A stretch of DNA of 63,999 bases, counting the filler, from Basidiobolus ranarum (taxonomy: Eukaryota), in the NCBI GenBank assembly GCA_040143965.1. It is 22 parts of 22 records of this genome, joined end to end, with 100 filler letters (N's around TTAATTAATTAA, not from the genome) between each part and the next. Parts side by side here need not be neighbours in the genome. Positions count along the whole stretch, not along the records: positions 49,695 to 52,509 come from JASJQH010009832.1; positions 52,610 to 55,423 come from JASJQH010009833.1; positions 55,524 to 58,336 come from JASJQH010009834.1; positions 58,437 to 61,248 come from JASJQH010009835.1; positions 61,349 to 63,999 come from JASJQH010009979.1; 17 more parts are not named here. One strand, given 5' to 3'. Position numbers and translations under genes: made by a program. Every line of letters begins with the position of its first letter. The first letter of the stretch is position 1. The notes beneath the pieces were generated by a model. It did no database searches. It was not told the DNA's origin and worked only from the letters and a program-made list of their open reading frames with translations. Positions 52,211 through 63,999 of this stretch are shown piece after piece.

Positions 52211-53559
52211 GCCTAAGTCTGATCAATGCTATTTATTAATAATGATTCTTGCCACAGTATCTTCCTTGTCCAGTCTTGTCTTGTCCAGTCTTGTCTTGTC
52301 CAGTCTTGTCTTGTCACCAATCATTTCTTCAACAGAAAGTTGGACATTGCATTTTGATTATCATTCCTAGAGAAACTTGTGGTTCTAAAACTTCCCCTCC
52401 CAACACAGTAAGTATTATGTCTACACCAGCCCCCACAATGGAAGATATTATGTGAGATCTTACTCAGCTCCAGCCCGTAAAGCAAGAACTTTGTACTTCT
52501 AGTGCTCAANNNNNNNNNNNNNNNNNNNNNNNNNNNNNNNNNNNNNNNNNNNNTTAATTAATTAANNNNNNNNNNNNNNNNNNNNNNNNNNNNNNNNNNN
52601 NNNNNNNNNGCTTACCCATGAGAGAAATAGCCAGACATTGCTCCAGAGCGTACGTCGATGTATGTAAAACCTCATTGTGACGGGAAACCCATGATACAAT
52701 GATACCTAAGCATCGGGACAGCAACTCAATTCATGCCAACACTGTTCAATTCCTACAAAGATAAATCAATCATTTCAATTATCATCGTTCTTGATTCATA
52801 CATGCCACACAGAATTATGAATGGTCTTTCCAAGGGTAACAATTGAGATGTTGTGGATCGGCATTTATGGTGTTCATTCAGCATCAACAGTTTCTTCATC
52901 AGATAACTAGTCTTAGTGAGATATATGCTATGCTAGAAATGGTATTAATAAGCAAAATGTGAGATATCTGGGAATAGTCATTCTGAATTTTGAAATACAA
53001 TTCGCAGATCTACCATAGCCGATGGTTGATTTTTTAGTCGCAACTATGCTCCACAGCTTGGGAATTTGATTAACAGGAGTGTGCACCACTTACTGAGGAA
53101 ACTGATCATCGTTTACTACGACTTGCTTTCTTTGTTTCCTTTCGCTCGAGGCCAAAAATGGTCAAACTCTGGGTACCTTAAGTATGGCAACTTATTATGA
53201 ACGCTAGGTTGACTCGTGATTTGAACCAACTAACCGATATCACTCTGTGTTATGAGTGAAGCCACTGGAAAAGTTCTAACTTACAAACCAAGGATTTACT
53301 CGATTGGTATATTCTAAACCATATCAAGTAATTAATATATGCTGATATGTTCGAGACCCAAAGTATATTCATTCTCACCAAATATTTGCCTCGCACATGA
53401 CAATCTGACTTCTAAAGTCTCTTTCAAATCATACATAAACAGCTTCTTTGCCATCTCTAGTGTATATTACTGATTTGCTTTCTCATTTTACTCTTGATAC
53501 ATTCAACTCTGCTTATCGAGGTTCAAAATCCAAAACTGGATAATCACTAAATAGCCAAA

Positions 53560-54111
53560 CTAAAGGGTGAAGTTGATACTAAACAAGGTACATATTGTCA
53601 AAGTTGCTTTGCAAATTTCAGCCCTTACTCATATTAATTCAAGTGGATCAATTTTCCAAATCCAAAATGGATCAGTATAATCGTGGTTGCAGCGGGTGAA
53701 ATATAATTCGTAACAAACTTCGCACTAAGTTCAATTTGAATGCTTTTAAAGCATGCAGAGACATTAATTATGCTGCACATGAGAATCTTGAAAGGAGAGC
53801 CAGTCTTCCCATTAGCTTTATCTAGGTTGAAGATCTGAGTGGTCATAGTATGCACTATTGGTGGGAAAACAATTGGTGTTGCCAAGAAGGTGAGGCTAAT
53901 TGGAGTTAAGGTTTTAAGTGCCAAGGGTACTAGAAGTGTACCTAACTGTGGAAGCAGCTGTCAAAGCAGGTGTTAGTTTTATTGTTTCTGCTGGAAATGA
54001 AAGTCAAGATACTTGCAATGCATTGCCTGCAAATTCCCCTTCTGCATTTACAGTTGGGTCCACTACCCCTACTGACTCTTGTAGGCAAACCAGTAATTGG
54101 GGAACATGTCT
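53560..54111 (+). pseudogene. S8 subtilisin (proteinase K-like) pseudogene truncated by copia LTR
   Basis: DLSGHSMH..TIGGKTIGVAKKVRLIGVKVL, AGNESQDTCNALPA...TVGST...SNWGTC; frameshifted, catalytic Ser region absent. Confidence 0.8.
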
Positions 54112-55423
54112 TATTGGGAAAATATGGGCTGTTTGGAGGAACTTTAGAAAAGTGGAGCTATGAATAGCTTTGTGAGATAATTAGTTATTGTCCAGAAATG
54201 AAGCATTTAAACATTTTGGTGGAAATATCAAAAACTAACACTGGGGTTGTGTTCAGAACATCTGTGGGAGTAAAATGTGCTATTTTTGCTGCAATTTGGA
54301 TGAGTTTGAAATTTCCAATATGGAATTGCTAACTCTCACATTATTCATATATATACATAATATATTTTCCAATTTGCAGTCAAGTGACATATGACTAAGT
54401 AATGTTAACTAACTTATATATCATATTGAAATAGTTAGGTGAATAAAGATAGAGATAACAAATATGATAAACATAATAAACTTCAGCACTCCCACTCAAC
54501 GAAATATTCATATATCTTAATCCTAACTTAAATCTTAATTCTTCAAATTTTTGCTTGGGTAATGATTTGGTAAGGATCTCAGCAATCATAACTCCAGTTG
54601 GACAGTACTCTAGTTAGACATACTTAGTCTCAACAACTTCCCTAACAAAGAGATGTTGAATGTCTAACCCTAGAAAAATGCCCAATTCTTTGAATAGTTT
54701 CCTTAACCACATAACCTCCTTTGTTATTATTGGGAAAATATGGGCTGTTTGGAGGAACTTTGGGAAAGTGGAGTTGTGAATAGCTTTGTGAGATAATTAT
54801 TTATTGTCCAGAAATAAAGCATTTATACATTTTGGTATAAATACCAAAAACTAACACCAGGGTTGTGTTCAGAACATCTGTGGGAGTAAAATGAGTTATA
54901 TTTGGGGCAAATTAGATGACTTCAATATTTGCAATATGGAATTGCTAATTCTCACATTATTCACATATATATACAATATGTGTTCCAATCTTCAGTAAAG
55001 TGATATTTGACTAAGTAATGTTAACTAAATTATATGTGATATATGAAGTAGTTAGGTGTATAAAGGTAGAGATGACAAATATGATAAAGACAATAAACTT
55101 CAACTCTCTCACTCAACTAAATATTCATATATCTTAATCCTAACTTAATTGTTAATTCTTCAAATTTTGGCTTGGGTAATGGTTTGATAAGGATGTCAGC
55201 AAGCATGTCTTTAGTTGGACAGTACTATTGTTGGACATGCTTATTCTCAATAGCTTCCCTAACAAAGTGATGTTGAATGTCAATGTGCTTACTTCAAGCA
55301 TGAAATTTGGGATTTTTGGCTAAAGAAATGCAACTTTGATTATCCTTGAAGATTATGGTGGGTGAACTTTGAAAAATGCCCAAGTCTTTGAACAGTTTCC
55401 TTGACCACATAGCCTCCTTTGTT
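54112..55423 (-). mobile_element. Two nested copia 3' ends with LTRs at 54112-54488 and 54728-55105
   Basis: Same LTR family as 34013-34390; PPT GTTGAGTGGGAG; RNase H MIAEILTKSL. Confidence 0.85.
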
Positions 55424-55808
55424 NNNNNNNNNNNNNNNNNNNNNNNNNNNNNNNNNNNNNNNNNNNNTTAATTAATTAANNNNNNNNNNNNNNNNNNNNN
55501 NNNNNNNNNNNNNNNNNNNNNNNAACTGCATCTTATAGCGGTGTGAATATTGAAAGTTTGTTAAGGTGATCTAATTAATATTTCTGTCAATGAACAATAA
55601 ACATACATTTTTGTATAATAAAATGGAGTGCTAGATAATCCAAATATGAATTAACAAACCACTGAATAATGAGTGGCTACTTACCTAATTTTGACAACAA
55701 CATTATATGTATCAGCTATTAAGTTGCTATGTAGGCAAAGAATAGCACCAACACAGCAACAATGCAATCAAAGCAGTGTACAGCAGCATTTAGAAAGAGG
55801 TATGTGAT

Positions 55809-58336
55809 TGTTGAAGTTAGGTAAATAGCAACTCATCATATAATAATTAGTTCATTCATATTCTGATTATCTAGCACTCAACTCTGCAATTCAAAAATAT
55901 GTGTTTATTACTCCAACTGATAGAAAAATCAATTATGTCACTTTTACCAATTTTCACTATTTTCCCATAACGTCTCCGAGTCCTTTCATATTCTCACCCA
56001 TGCTCTACAGGCATGTTTGTTATGATCTAAGCATGGCCAATAGTCCTACTTCCTAGTAAACTATAAGTAGAACTTATTCAATTCACTAAAACTTAAGTGT
56101 CCAATTCAAAAATCCAAATATTGTCCAAAAAAACTTCCAAATCCCTTAAAAACTTTTATCACAATATGAGCCTGTACCTAGCTGTTTAAGGAATTTCTAC
56201 CAGTACTATTACTCACATATTTACGTCCACAGAGAAGTTTGATGGGGGAGACTTTCACCTCTGGAAGTTCAAGATGCAAATGGTGCTAGAAGACAAAGAC
56301 CTTTGGGGATTTATTATGTGAGAAGATATAGAGCCAACAGGACCACCAGAAGCTATCCTTGCCTTTCACAAGAAGCAGAGGAAAGCACTCTCTACACCTG
56401 GTCTACATCTCAGAGACTCTCAATTGAGGCACATATGCTCAACCAAAAATGTCCAAACTGCTTGGGAAACACTTGATGGACTCTATGAGACTAAAAGTCC
56501 GGCGAATAGGCTATATCTTGGATGAAAATTATTCTCAATTCAGATGATTTTTGATGAATCTATGGCTGATCATATAAATCATATAAAAGCTATGGCTGAT
56601 GAGCTCTCCTCCAGCAGAAAACCTTTAAATGAAGATGACTTGGTTATGACACTATACAGGAGTCTGCCAGATGAGCTTGGGAACCTCATAATTGTCCTAG
56701 AATCAAGATCAAAACCATTAACAATAGACTATGTTAGTGCTAGGCTTAAATTCTGAGCAAAATAATGCAGATCTGGCACTTTTGGGAGCTTTAAAATGTC
56801 CAACAGGCTACAAAAAGCGGCCCCTAATAGGAAATCAATCACTTGCAACTGTTGCTAGACACAAGGTCATTTAATCAGGGATTGCAGAGAAAAGATATTT
56901 GCTGATAACAAAAATAGGAACAGGTAAATGAAGTAGGCACTCATAGGAATCATCAATTTGTGTCTACCCTATCAGTAACCATTAGGAAAGACTTAGAAAC
57001 ATGGTATATTGATAAACAAGCTTCCCAGCATATGTCAAACAAAAATGATTGGTATTCCAGCTTAAAACCAATCCAAACTGAGAAAGTCTACTTAGGTGAT
57101 GACTATATCCCAGATGCAGTAGGTAATGACAGAGTTGTTCTCAATTTAGAGAAATATTTAGCTACAGCATCTATAAAATTGGATGATGTACTCTATGCAT
57201 CCAATATAATAAGGACTCTACTCTCAGTAAGTTGAGCAACTGCTCAAAAAGATTCTAAATTAGCACTCAAAAGCAGAAAATTCATATTTCTTGGTTATTG
57301 TGATGGATCAAAGGACTGCTTGATACCAAAAACAGAAGTTGCTTAAGTGCAGAGATGTGATTTTGGATGAAAAAGCAAATTTAGTAAGTGTGTGGCAAGA
57401 TCCTAGCTGCATCCAAGTGCAGTTTAACCAAAAGCTAGCCCCAATTACAATAGAGGAAGATTCAGTATCTAGAGGTTTACCCAGTAGGAGAAATAAGCCA
57501 AGGAACTTGTGGATCACTCTGAATGATGATGTCCATACTTATGCAGCATTCTGTCACAAGCCACAGACTTTAGATCAGGCACCAAAGTGTCTGGAATGAA
57601 AGTTATGGTATAAAAGCAATGACTGATGAGTTTCCTTCACTTTGGGACAGTAAGATATGAGTCTTATGTCCTCTACCATCACTAAGAATGCCAGTAAGTT
57701 GCAAATTATTGTACAAAGTCAAAAACTGTGATGATGGAACTATAGAACAGTACAAAGGAGGACCAGTTGCAAAAGGTAATTCTCAGACTCCAGTATAACT
57801 GATTCTTTGCTCCAGAAGTTAAGTTTATCTTTGTCAGATCAATCCTGGCATTGATGGCCTTCCACAACCTTGATCTACATCAAATGGATAAAAAACACCC
57901 TTTCTGAATGGTAATCTAGAAGCATTGATCTATATGGAGCAACCCGGAGAATTTGCTGGCCCAAAATACCCCAACATGGTCTGTAAACTGTAAAAGTCAC
58001 TATATGAGCCTAGGCAAGAATCCAGGGCGTGGTGTAACAAGATACATACCGATTTGGAATCCTGGAATTCCACAGTGGCACAGCAGATCACATTATTTGC
58101 ATTGAAACAAAAAGATATGGGATACTTATCTTGGCAATATATGTAGATCACTTGATCAAAGCCACATACAAACTAGAAACACTTAAGCAAACAAAAAGCA
58201 GCTCATCAAATCAATTTCACATGACTGATATGAGTGATTTTAGTTATTTCCTTGGAATCAGGATCAAGAGGGGTGATCCCTAAAATGATCCTGATTCAGC
58301 CTAGATACAGCATAGACCTCCCACAATGCTTCGTCC
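55809..58336 (+). mobile_element. Internally deleted Ty1/copia element (LTR ~55809-56163, gag, protease, RT)
   Basis: FHLWKFKMQMVLE gag, WYIDKQASQHM, RT remnants. Confidence 0.85.
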
Positions 58337-58436
58337 NNNNNNNNNNNNNNNNNNNNNNNNNNNNNNNNNNNNNNNNNNNNTTAATTAATTAANNNNNNNN
58401 NNNNNNNNNNNNNNNNNNNNNNNNNNNNNNNNNNNN

Positions 58437-61248
58437 ATTAGAGGAATTGTTGGTTTTCACTTGTTGATTTATTGAGTAGAGAGTTAACTATGATAGTTTT
58501 GTCAAGACATAAACAAACTAATATGTAAAAAGTGTTACAAAAGGACCTACAAGCATGTGTTCAGAGTTTAGGGCTTCTAGCACAAGTTTGAAAAATCTAT
58601 ATATCTGTGAGCTCCTAAGTTGGTAAATATATTAAAAGAAAATTCCAATTGAGAATAATGGATTATGTCTTAGTGAAATATAAGATGAATAAGTACTAAG
58701 CTATATATGACTATATAGGTGCCTAGGCAATGCTACTTTCAACACTCTCCCTTAACAAAACAGTCATGTAAACTAATCCTAATAAAGATCTAAATTTCCC
58801 TAATTTCTGTATAGCTAATGGTTTGTTTAATATATCAGCAACCATGTCTTTTATACAGCATGTTGAAACTAACATTGCCCAAGCACCTATATAGTCATTT
58901 ATAGCTTAGTACTTAGTTATTTTAAAACACACCAAGATATTATCCATTATTCTCAAATGGAATTTATTTTGAATATTTTTACCAACTTAGTTCTCAGAAA
59001 TATAAATTTTTCAAACTGGTGCTAGAAACCCTAAACACTGCACACATGATCTTAGGACCCTCCTTAACATATTCTACATGTAAGCTTGCCTACATCTTGA
59101 CAAAGCTATGAATGTCAACTTTCTACTCAAGAGATCAACAAGTCAAACCATCAATTCCTCTAATTCTCCAAACCACCTCCAACAGGCTCCTAAATACTTT
59201 AACAGATTATGAGCCCCAAGCTTGCACTGTCTGTAGTGCCTACTTCTCAAATTCATGGAACTTCTCACTCTTCTGAAAAATTGGATGGAATCAATCATCA
59301 AGTTTGGAAAATGAAAATGAAAATGGAGCTGCAAGAAAAAGAAATTTGGGAAACTGTTATCAGAGAAGAAAACAATATAAAACTATCTGAAATCAAAGTT
59401 TTACTCCAGGCTAAAAAGAACAAAGGGCCTTTAACACAATTTGTCTTAATGTTAAAGACAAATTGCTAATTCAATGTTCCAAAACTAAAACTCTCAAGAA
59501 GGTATGGAAAGCCTTGGAAGACAACTACCAAACAAGTTCTGCTGCTAAAATGATATTTCTAAGAAGACAATTCTTTAACTTAAAGATAAAGCCAGGAGAT
59601 GACATTAATCACTATATAGTAGAGTCACTATTTTAGTGAATGAACTAGAGTGCATTGGAGTACCTACTACAGATCAGATATCATAGTTACAGTCCTGAAT
59701 AGCCTGCCACACAAGTTTCAGAGCCTAGTAATGGCTCCACAATCAAAAATTGAAAATTAGGCCTTACATTTTGTATTTGGCAGACCTCTGGATGAAGATT
59801 TAAATAAATCTGGATCCACCCAAAAAAATGAACAAAATGCTTTAGTAGGCTATAGGAAACCTTTCTATAAAGGTCAAAAGCACTTTAAGAACAAAAGTAA
59901 CACAATCTGTGACTACAATAAAAGAACTGGCCATTTAAGCACAGATTGCTTCAAAAGAATTGTAAAAGAAGAAAAAAACCGAATCTGGAAATGTGGTTAC
60001 AATAGAAGATCACTTGCTCATATTAGCTCTATATATGACTACCAACAAGGATTCTCAGACATGGTACATTGATTCTTGAGCCTCCCAACATTTCACAAAT
60101 GAAAAGCAGTGGTTTGTGGATTATGAAGTAATCCCAATTAGAAAGGTTTTCATGAGAGATGACCACACATTGGATGCTATTGGAATGAGAGCAATTCAAG
60201 TCAATTTAGCTGGAGCTTCTGAAGAGAAAATATATACTTTTAAGGATGTACTACATGTTCCAGATATTGCCAAGAATTTAATATCTGTATGCAAGGCCAC
60301 CTCAGAAGGGCTAAAATTCAATTTTGATAAGCCAAGATGCATCATCACTGATCAAATTAGGAACTATTTAGCTTTGGGAGAAAAGGATCAGAACACATAA
60401 AAGATCACATATAATCCAAGTGGCTTATGTGTAAATCTAAGGAACTCCAATCAAGAAACTATTAAATTATGGTGTAAGATATTTGGTCCCATTGAATTTG
60501 ATTAATTTAGCAAAATGATCAAAAATTGCTTAATTTCAGGATTTCAAATTAACCCCCCAAACAAAATGGAAATTTGTGAGGTTTGCATATATGGAAAACA
60601 AGACAGGCAACCATTCAAGAGCTCTGGTTTAAGCAAATCTATCAAAAGATTGGATCTAATTCATACAAATATGTGCAGACCTATGCAAAATTCATCTTTA
60701 GGTGGTAAAAGATATTTGATCACATTTATTGATGGTTATAAACAATACATTTGTGTCTACTTTATTGAAAGAAAAGAAGAAGTACTCTCTATCTTTGAAG
60801 ATTTTAAAACACTGGTGGAGACTGAAACTGGAACTAAAATGAAAAAAATACACACTGATAATGGTGGAGAATATACTTTAACATTATTTAAGCACTTTTG
60901 CATGTTGCAGATCAACACCTCAGAAATAAGAATTTGGAAAAAGAATCTGAGGAAGTGGCTCTTTTTGGAGCTGAAAAACATAGCTTTGGCAAGTTCAAAG
61001 GTTACAGAAGAAGGAAACCAGTGTTATGCTATAGTTGTAACAAACCAGGACTGTTGAAGTTTATTGTCCTTATCATATTTGTTATCTCTATCTTTATACA
61101 CCTAACTATTTCATATAACACATATAAGTTAGTTAATATTACTTAGTCAAATATCACTTAACTGAAAATTGGAACATATATTATATATATATGTGAATAA
61201 TGTGAGAATTAGCAATTCCATATTGGAAATTTCAAACTTGTCCAGATT
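58437..61248 (+). mobile_element. Copia relics: inverted LTR 58437-58744; LTR 58861-59204, PBS, gag and integrase; further LTR from 61052
   Basis: TGTTGAAA...TTTAACA LTR, PBS GATTATGAGCCC, CEVCIYGKQ, TDNGGEY. Confidence 0.85.
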
Positions 61249-61348
61249 NNNNNNNNNNNNNNNNNNNNNNNNNNNNNNNNNNNNNNNNNNNNTTAATTAA
61301 TTAANNNNNNNNNNNNNNNNNNNNNNNNNNNNNNNNNNNNNNNNNNNN

Positions 61349-61627
61349 ACCATAGCTGTTCTGGCTGCCATCGAGCAAGGCTATCAAGTTACCAGGTGTG
61401 ATGAAGTCTTGTTGTCCCACTTGATAAGGCGTATTGTCGAGAAAGCTCACGACTGATTCCGGGACGGATTGGACGGTGACTTTTACCGGGTTGCAAGCAT
61501 TAAGCCCAATGAGGTTCTGTTGCTCGCTGGTGAGCACATTGCAATTATCAAGAGGGGCAGCTGTAACGTAGCGTGCAAGAACTGCAGCAGACGATAGAAG
61601 AGAAAAAACTGCGCTGGAGAAGTGCAT
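61349..61627 (-). CDS. Secreted hypothetical protein, 5' part (3' off contig)
   Basis: MHFSSAVFSLLSSAAVLARYVTA-APLDNC... signal peptide; GC-richer coding composition; TATATA at about 61682. Confidence 0.75.
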
Positions 61628-63999
61628 TATTGGAAGAGAAGTAATCACTGTGAGCTGAATGTGTCAATAGTTTTTGTACGGTATATATAGCCATGAAATA
61701 GAAATACCATTCTTCTGATATGACTTATAAGGTTGTGTATGCACTGCGATCTTATTTTTGAATGGAAGATACTAGTAGATTCTAATCAGTATTGAAATTC
61801 TGATTACTTCCTTATAGATGATGTTATATTTACATCTCAATATTTGATTGAAGGTACTGCCGCTAATAATAATCAGGCCATTTGATTTCTCCGGGCATGG
61901 AGGTCTTGCGTTGAGTACTTGGCTAAGTCATATCAATTGTTCCACTTTTTACTCACTTTAACATTGGGATGTTAAATACTACCTGGATAGTACCCTTTGG
62001 TGGTGTATTTCATATCCCATTAAAATTTGATATAAAATTATTGATATTGCAGTCAGAGTTACTTGTCAAAAAGGTTTTTTTCCGTGCGGCCAGAAACATG
62101 ATCCGTATAATTACTTAAGCTCCTAATAGAGTCCAAAAATCTGAGGAAGTAGTTCAAGATACATACTACACCAGTAGCTAAATGCAGTATTCACTGGTCC
62201 CTGAAGGGGATAAAAGTTACCAGTATAGTTGAAGAATATAAGAATTTCCACTTCTATGAATGAAGATGAGTTCATATTGCTAAGGCTATATGTGCCTACT
62301 TATCCAATCAATGAAGGGACAAATTCTTATCTAATTAGTCGGTATCTATCTATTGGAACAACATTACCAACAATTGGGTGGTCTAAGAGGTCGGGGCAAG
62401 AGTTTCATAACACTATCCCTATATGTGAGGATACTTGTTTTCGGGATCAAGAAATGCATCATATACTTAGTAACCATGACGTAGTTGTATGGTAAGTGGT
62501 CGCCTATCTGGCGCTATTATGTGGGAAAACCATGGGCTCATGAGATTCTACCGACGATCACTCATCAGAGAATAAAGAGTTTATCAGGACAACCAAACGT
62601 TATGGTGTATCGCAATACAGAACTTCCGAAGTCATTCCTAGTAGAAGCCAGCGGGGGAATAGGAAAGTGACCCATTTTTACACTATCTCGGTTTGAAAAA
62701 TGCCTAAATCCGTTTGGTGAATTTGATAAAATCTATCAGATCAGTCAGCCTCCCCAGTGGGCTCCTAAATGATGGATTATAGAATCGTATACTATGACCT
62801 TTTATTACCTTCTCATTTGTAATTAACGTACATTATGCTTGACGAAGCTGTATTTCAACCCTTGTCTCACGACACTCTCTTCTCATACTGTCACTACGTA
62901 AGTACGCAACAAAGTATCAAGTCTTCTTCATGAATTCTAAGACTATACCCTCTAACTTGGTCACTACAACAACGCAGAAGTTGCTTAAATCAGTGGGGCA
63001 CAATCCTCTATTTAGTTGAACTAAACGGTAGTTGAGAATACTATGGTACATTCTATCCAGATTGAATTAGCAGATAAGCCGTTTTTGTAATCTATCCATA
63101 TTCAGTGATAAACTCCACACATATATACTGCCTAAGCCCTTTCATATAGTGGAACATCCTTAATCGAACCTTCTACCCAGTATTTTTCGTCACTTTTATT
63201 GACCTTTCCTAGTAAAAATATCAGTCGGTATTCATATTAGGAAGGGTGAGCTGATCTGATATTTTGGAGGCATGATGTCATTGAATCCCTATTAGGTAAA
63301 GTAAAATGGCCGTCTAATGTGACAAGAGAAGAATATAGAACAGTATGAAATTCGGAACAAAACTAGACCGAAAGAAGATTTCCTTTTACACAGTAGTGTT
63401 TACAGCCATATATGCTTAAGGGAAAATCTCCCAAGAATTATATCTGTCTTGGAATTAGCCTATTGCTTTTGTCATTTATTATAATGGACATTGCAGTACT
63501 CACTCTCCATAGTGTATTTGATGGAACAGTTTAAAATATATCAAGGTTAAGACATTTTATTAGTGTCGAATTCGGAACGAAAGTAGACCGAAAACCGATT
63601 GCCTTTTGTCCGATAGCGAATACAGATGTATGTGTTTGAAGGTAAATCTTCCCAGGATCACTTTTTTATCGCAACGAACATATCGTTGATTACGACTAAC
63701 ATATTGGTCATCACACTGCACACTGTCTATAAGGGACAAGCTTGAAATAAATAGAGGTCAAAATATGTAGGTATAGATGGTTTGGGTATATCATGTTTTC
63801 GTAACAAGCTATTTATGAAATGTTTATGTTTATTGAATTCTGTCAGATTACATTAATCTATTAGGGGAATATCGTTTGTCATCTGTGAGTTCAATAAACC
63901 CATGAGATAGCATCTTTGGGAATGTCGTTTCCATACTGTCCATCGGTGCTGCTAGGATGTCTCTTTATCAAAGTGCTCTTGATTCCGGTTTTCTTGATG

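Noticed and set aside
52249-52320. CPVLS-repeat ORF
   Set aside because: 15-bp microrepeat (ttgtccagtcttgtc) inside LTR-derived DNA
2831-61348. Regularly spaced TTAATTAATTAA palindromes as a biological repeat or CRISPR-like array
   Set aside because: Always embedded in N44 runs between size-sorted contigs; an assembly concatenation linker
62229-62900. Overlapping short ORFs as a gene
   Set aside because: No recognisable domain or splice model; possibly a pseudogene but unsupported

Overview
This is a eukaryotic, AT-rich fungal draft assembly: GT-AG introns, a Pol III tRNA, and copia, gypsy, CACTA-like and Harbinger-like elements. It looks like an early-diverging fungus, but that is an inference. 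The window is not one locus. It holds 22 size-sorted contigs of about 2.81-2.83 kb joined by 100-bp N44-TTAATTAATTAA-N44 spacers, so neighbours across a spacer are not linked. Most contigs are decayed, CpG-depleted transposons. Host genes include a sugar porter N-terminus, an HSF-domain transcription factor, DRG2/RBG2, an MFS C-terminus, two membrane proteins, a CsbD-like gene, a subtilisin pseudogene and tRNA-Arg(CCT). The standout is a tandem family of small secreted Kex2-processed repeat precursors on contigs 2931-5759 and 11717-14543. There are at least six paralogs and eight copies of a 14-mer, DLHDLCGRWFCGHT, with a predicted C-X4-C disulfide ring, flanked by dibasic sites. The cores differ mostly at synonymous sites, and the genes share a TATA box plus a TTC-N3-GAA promoter motif. 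This is a candidate undescribed peptide pheromone, hormone-like or effector system.
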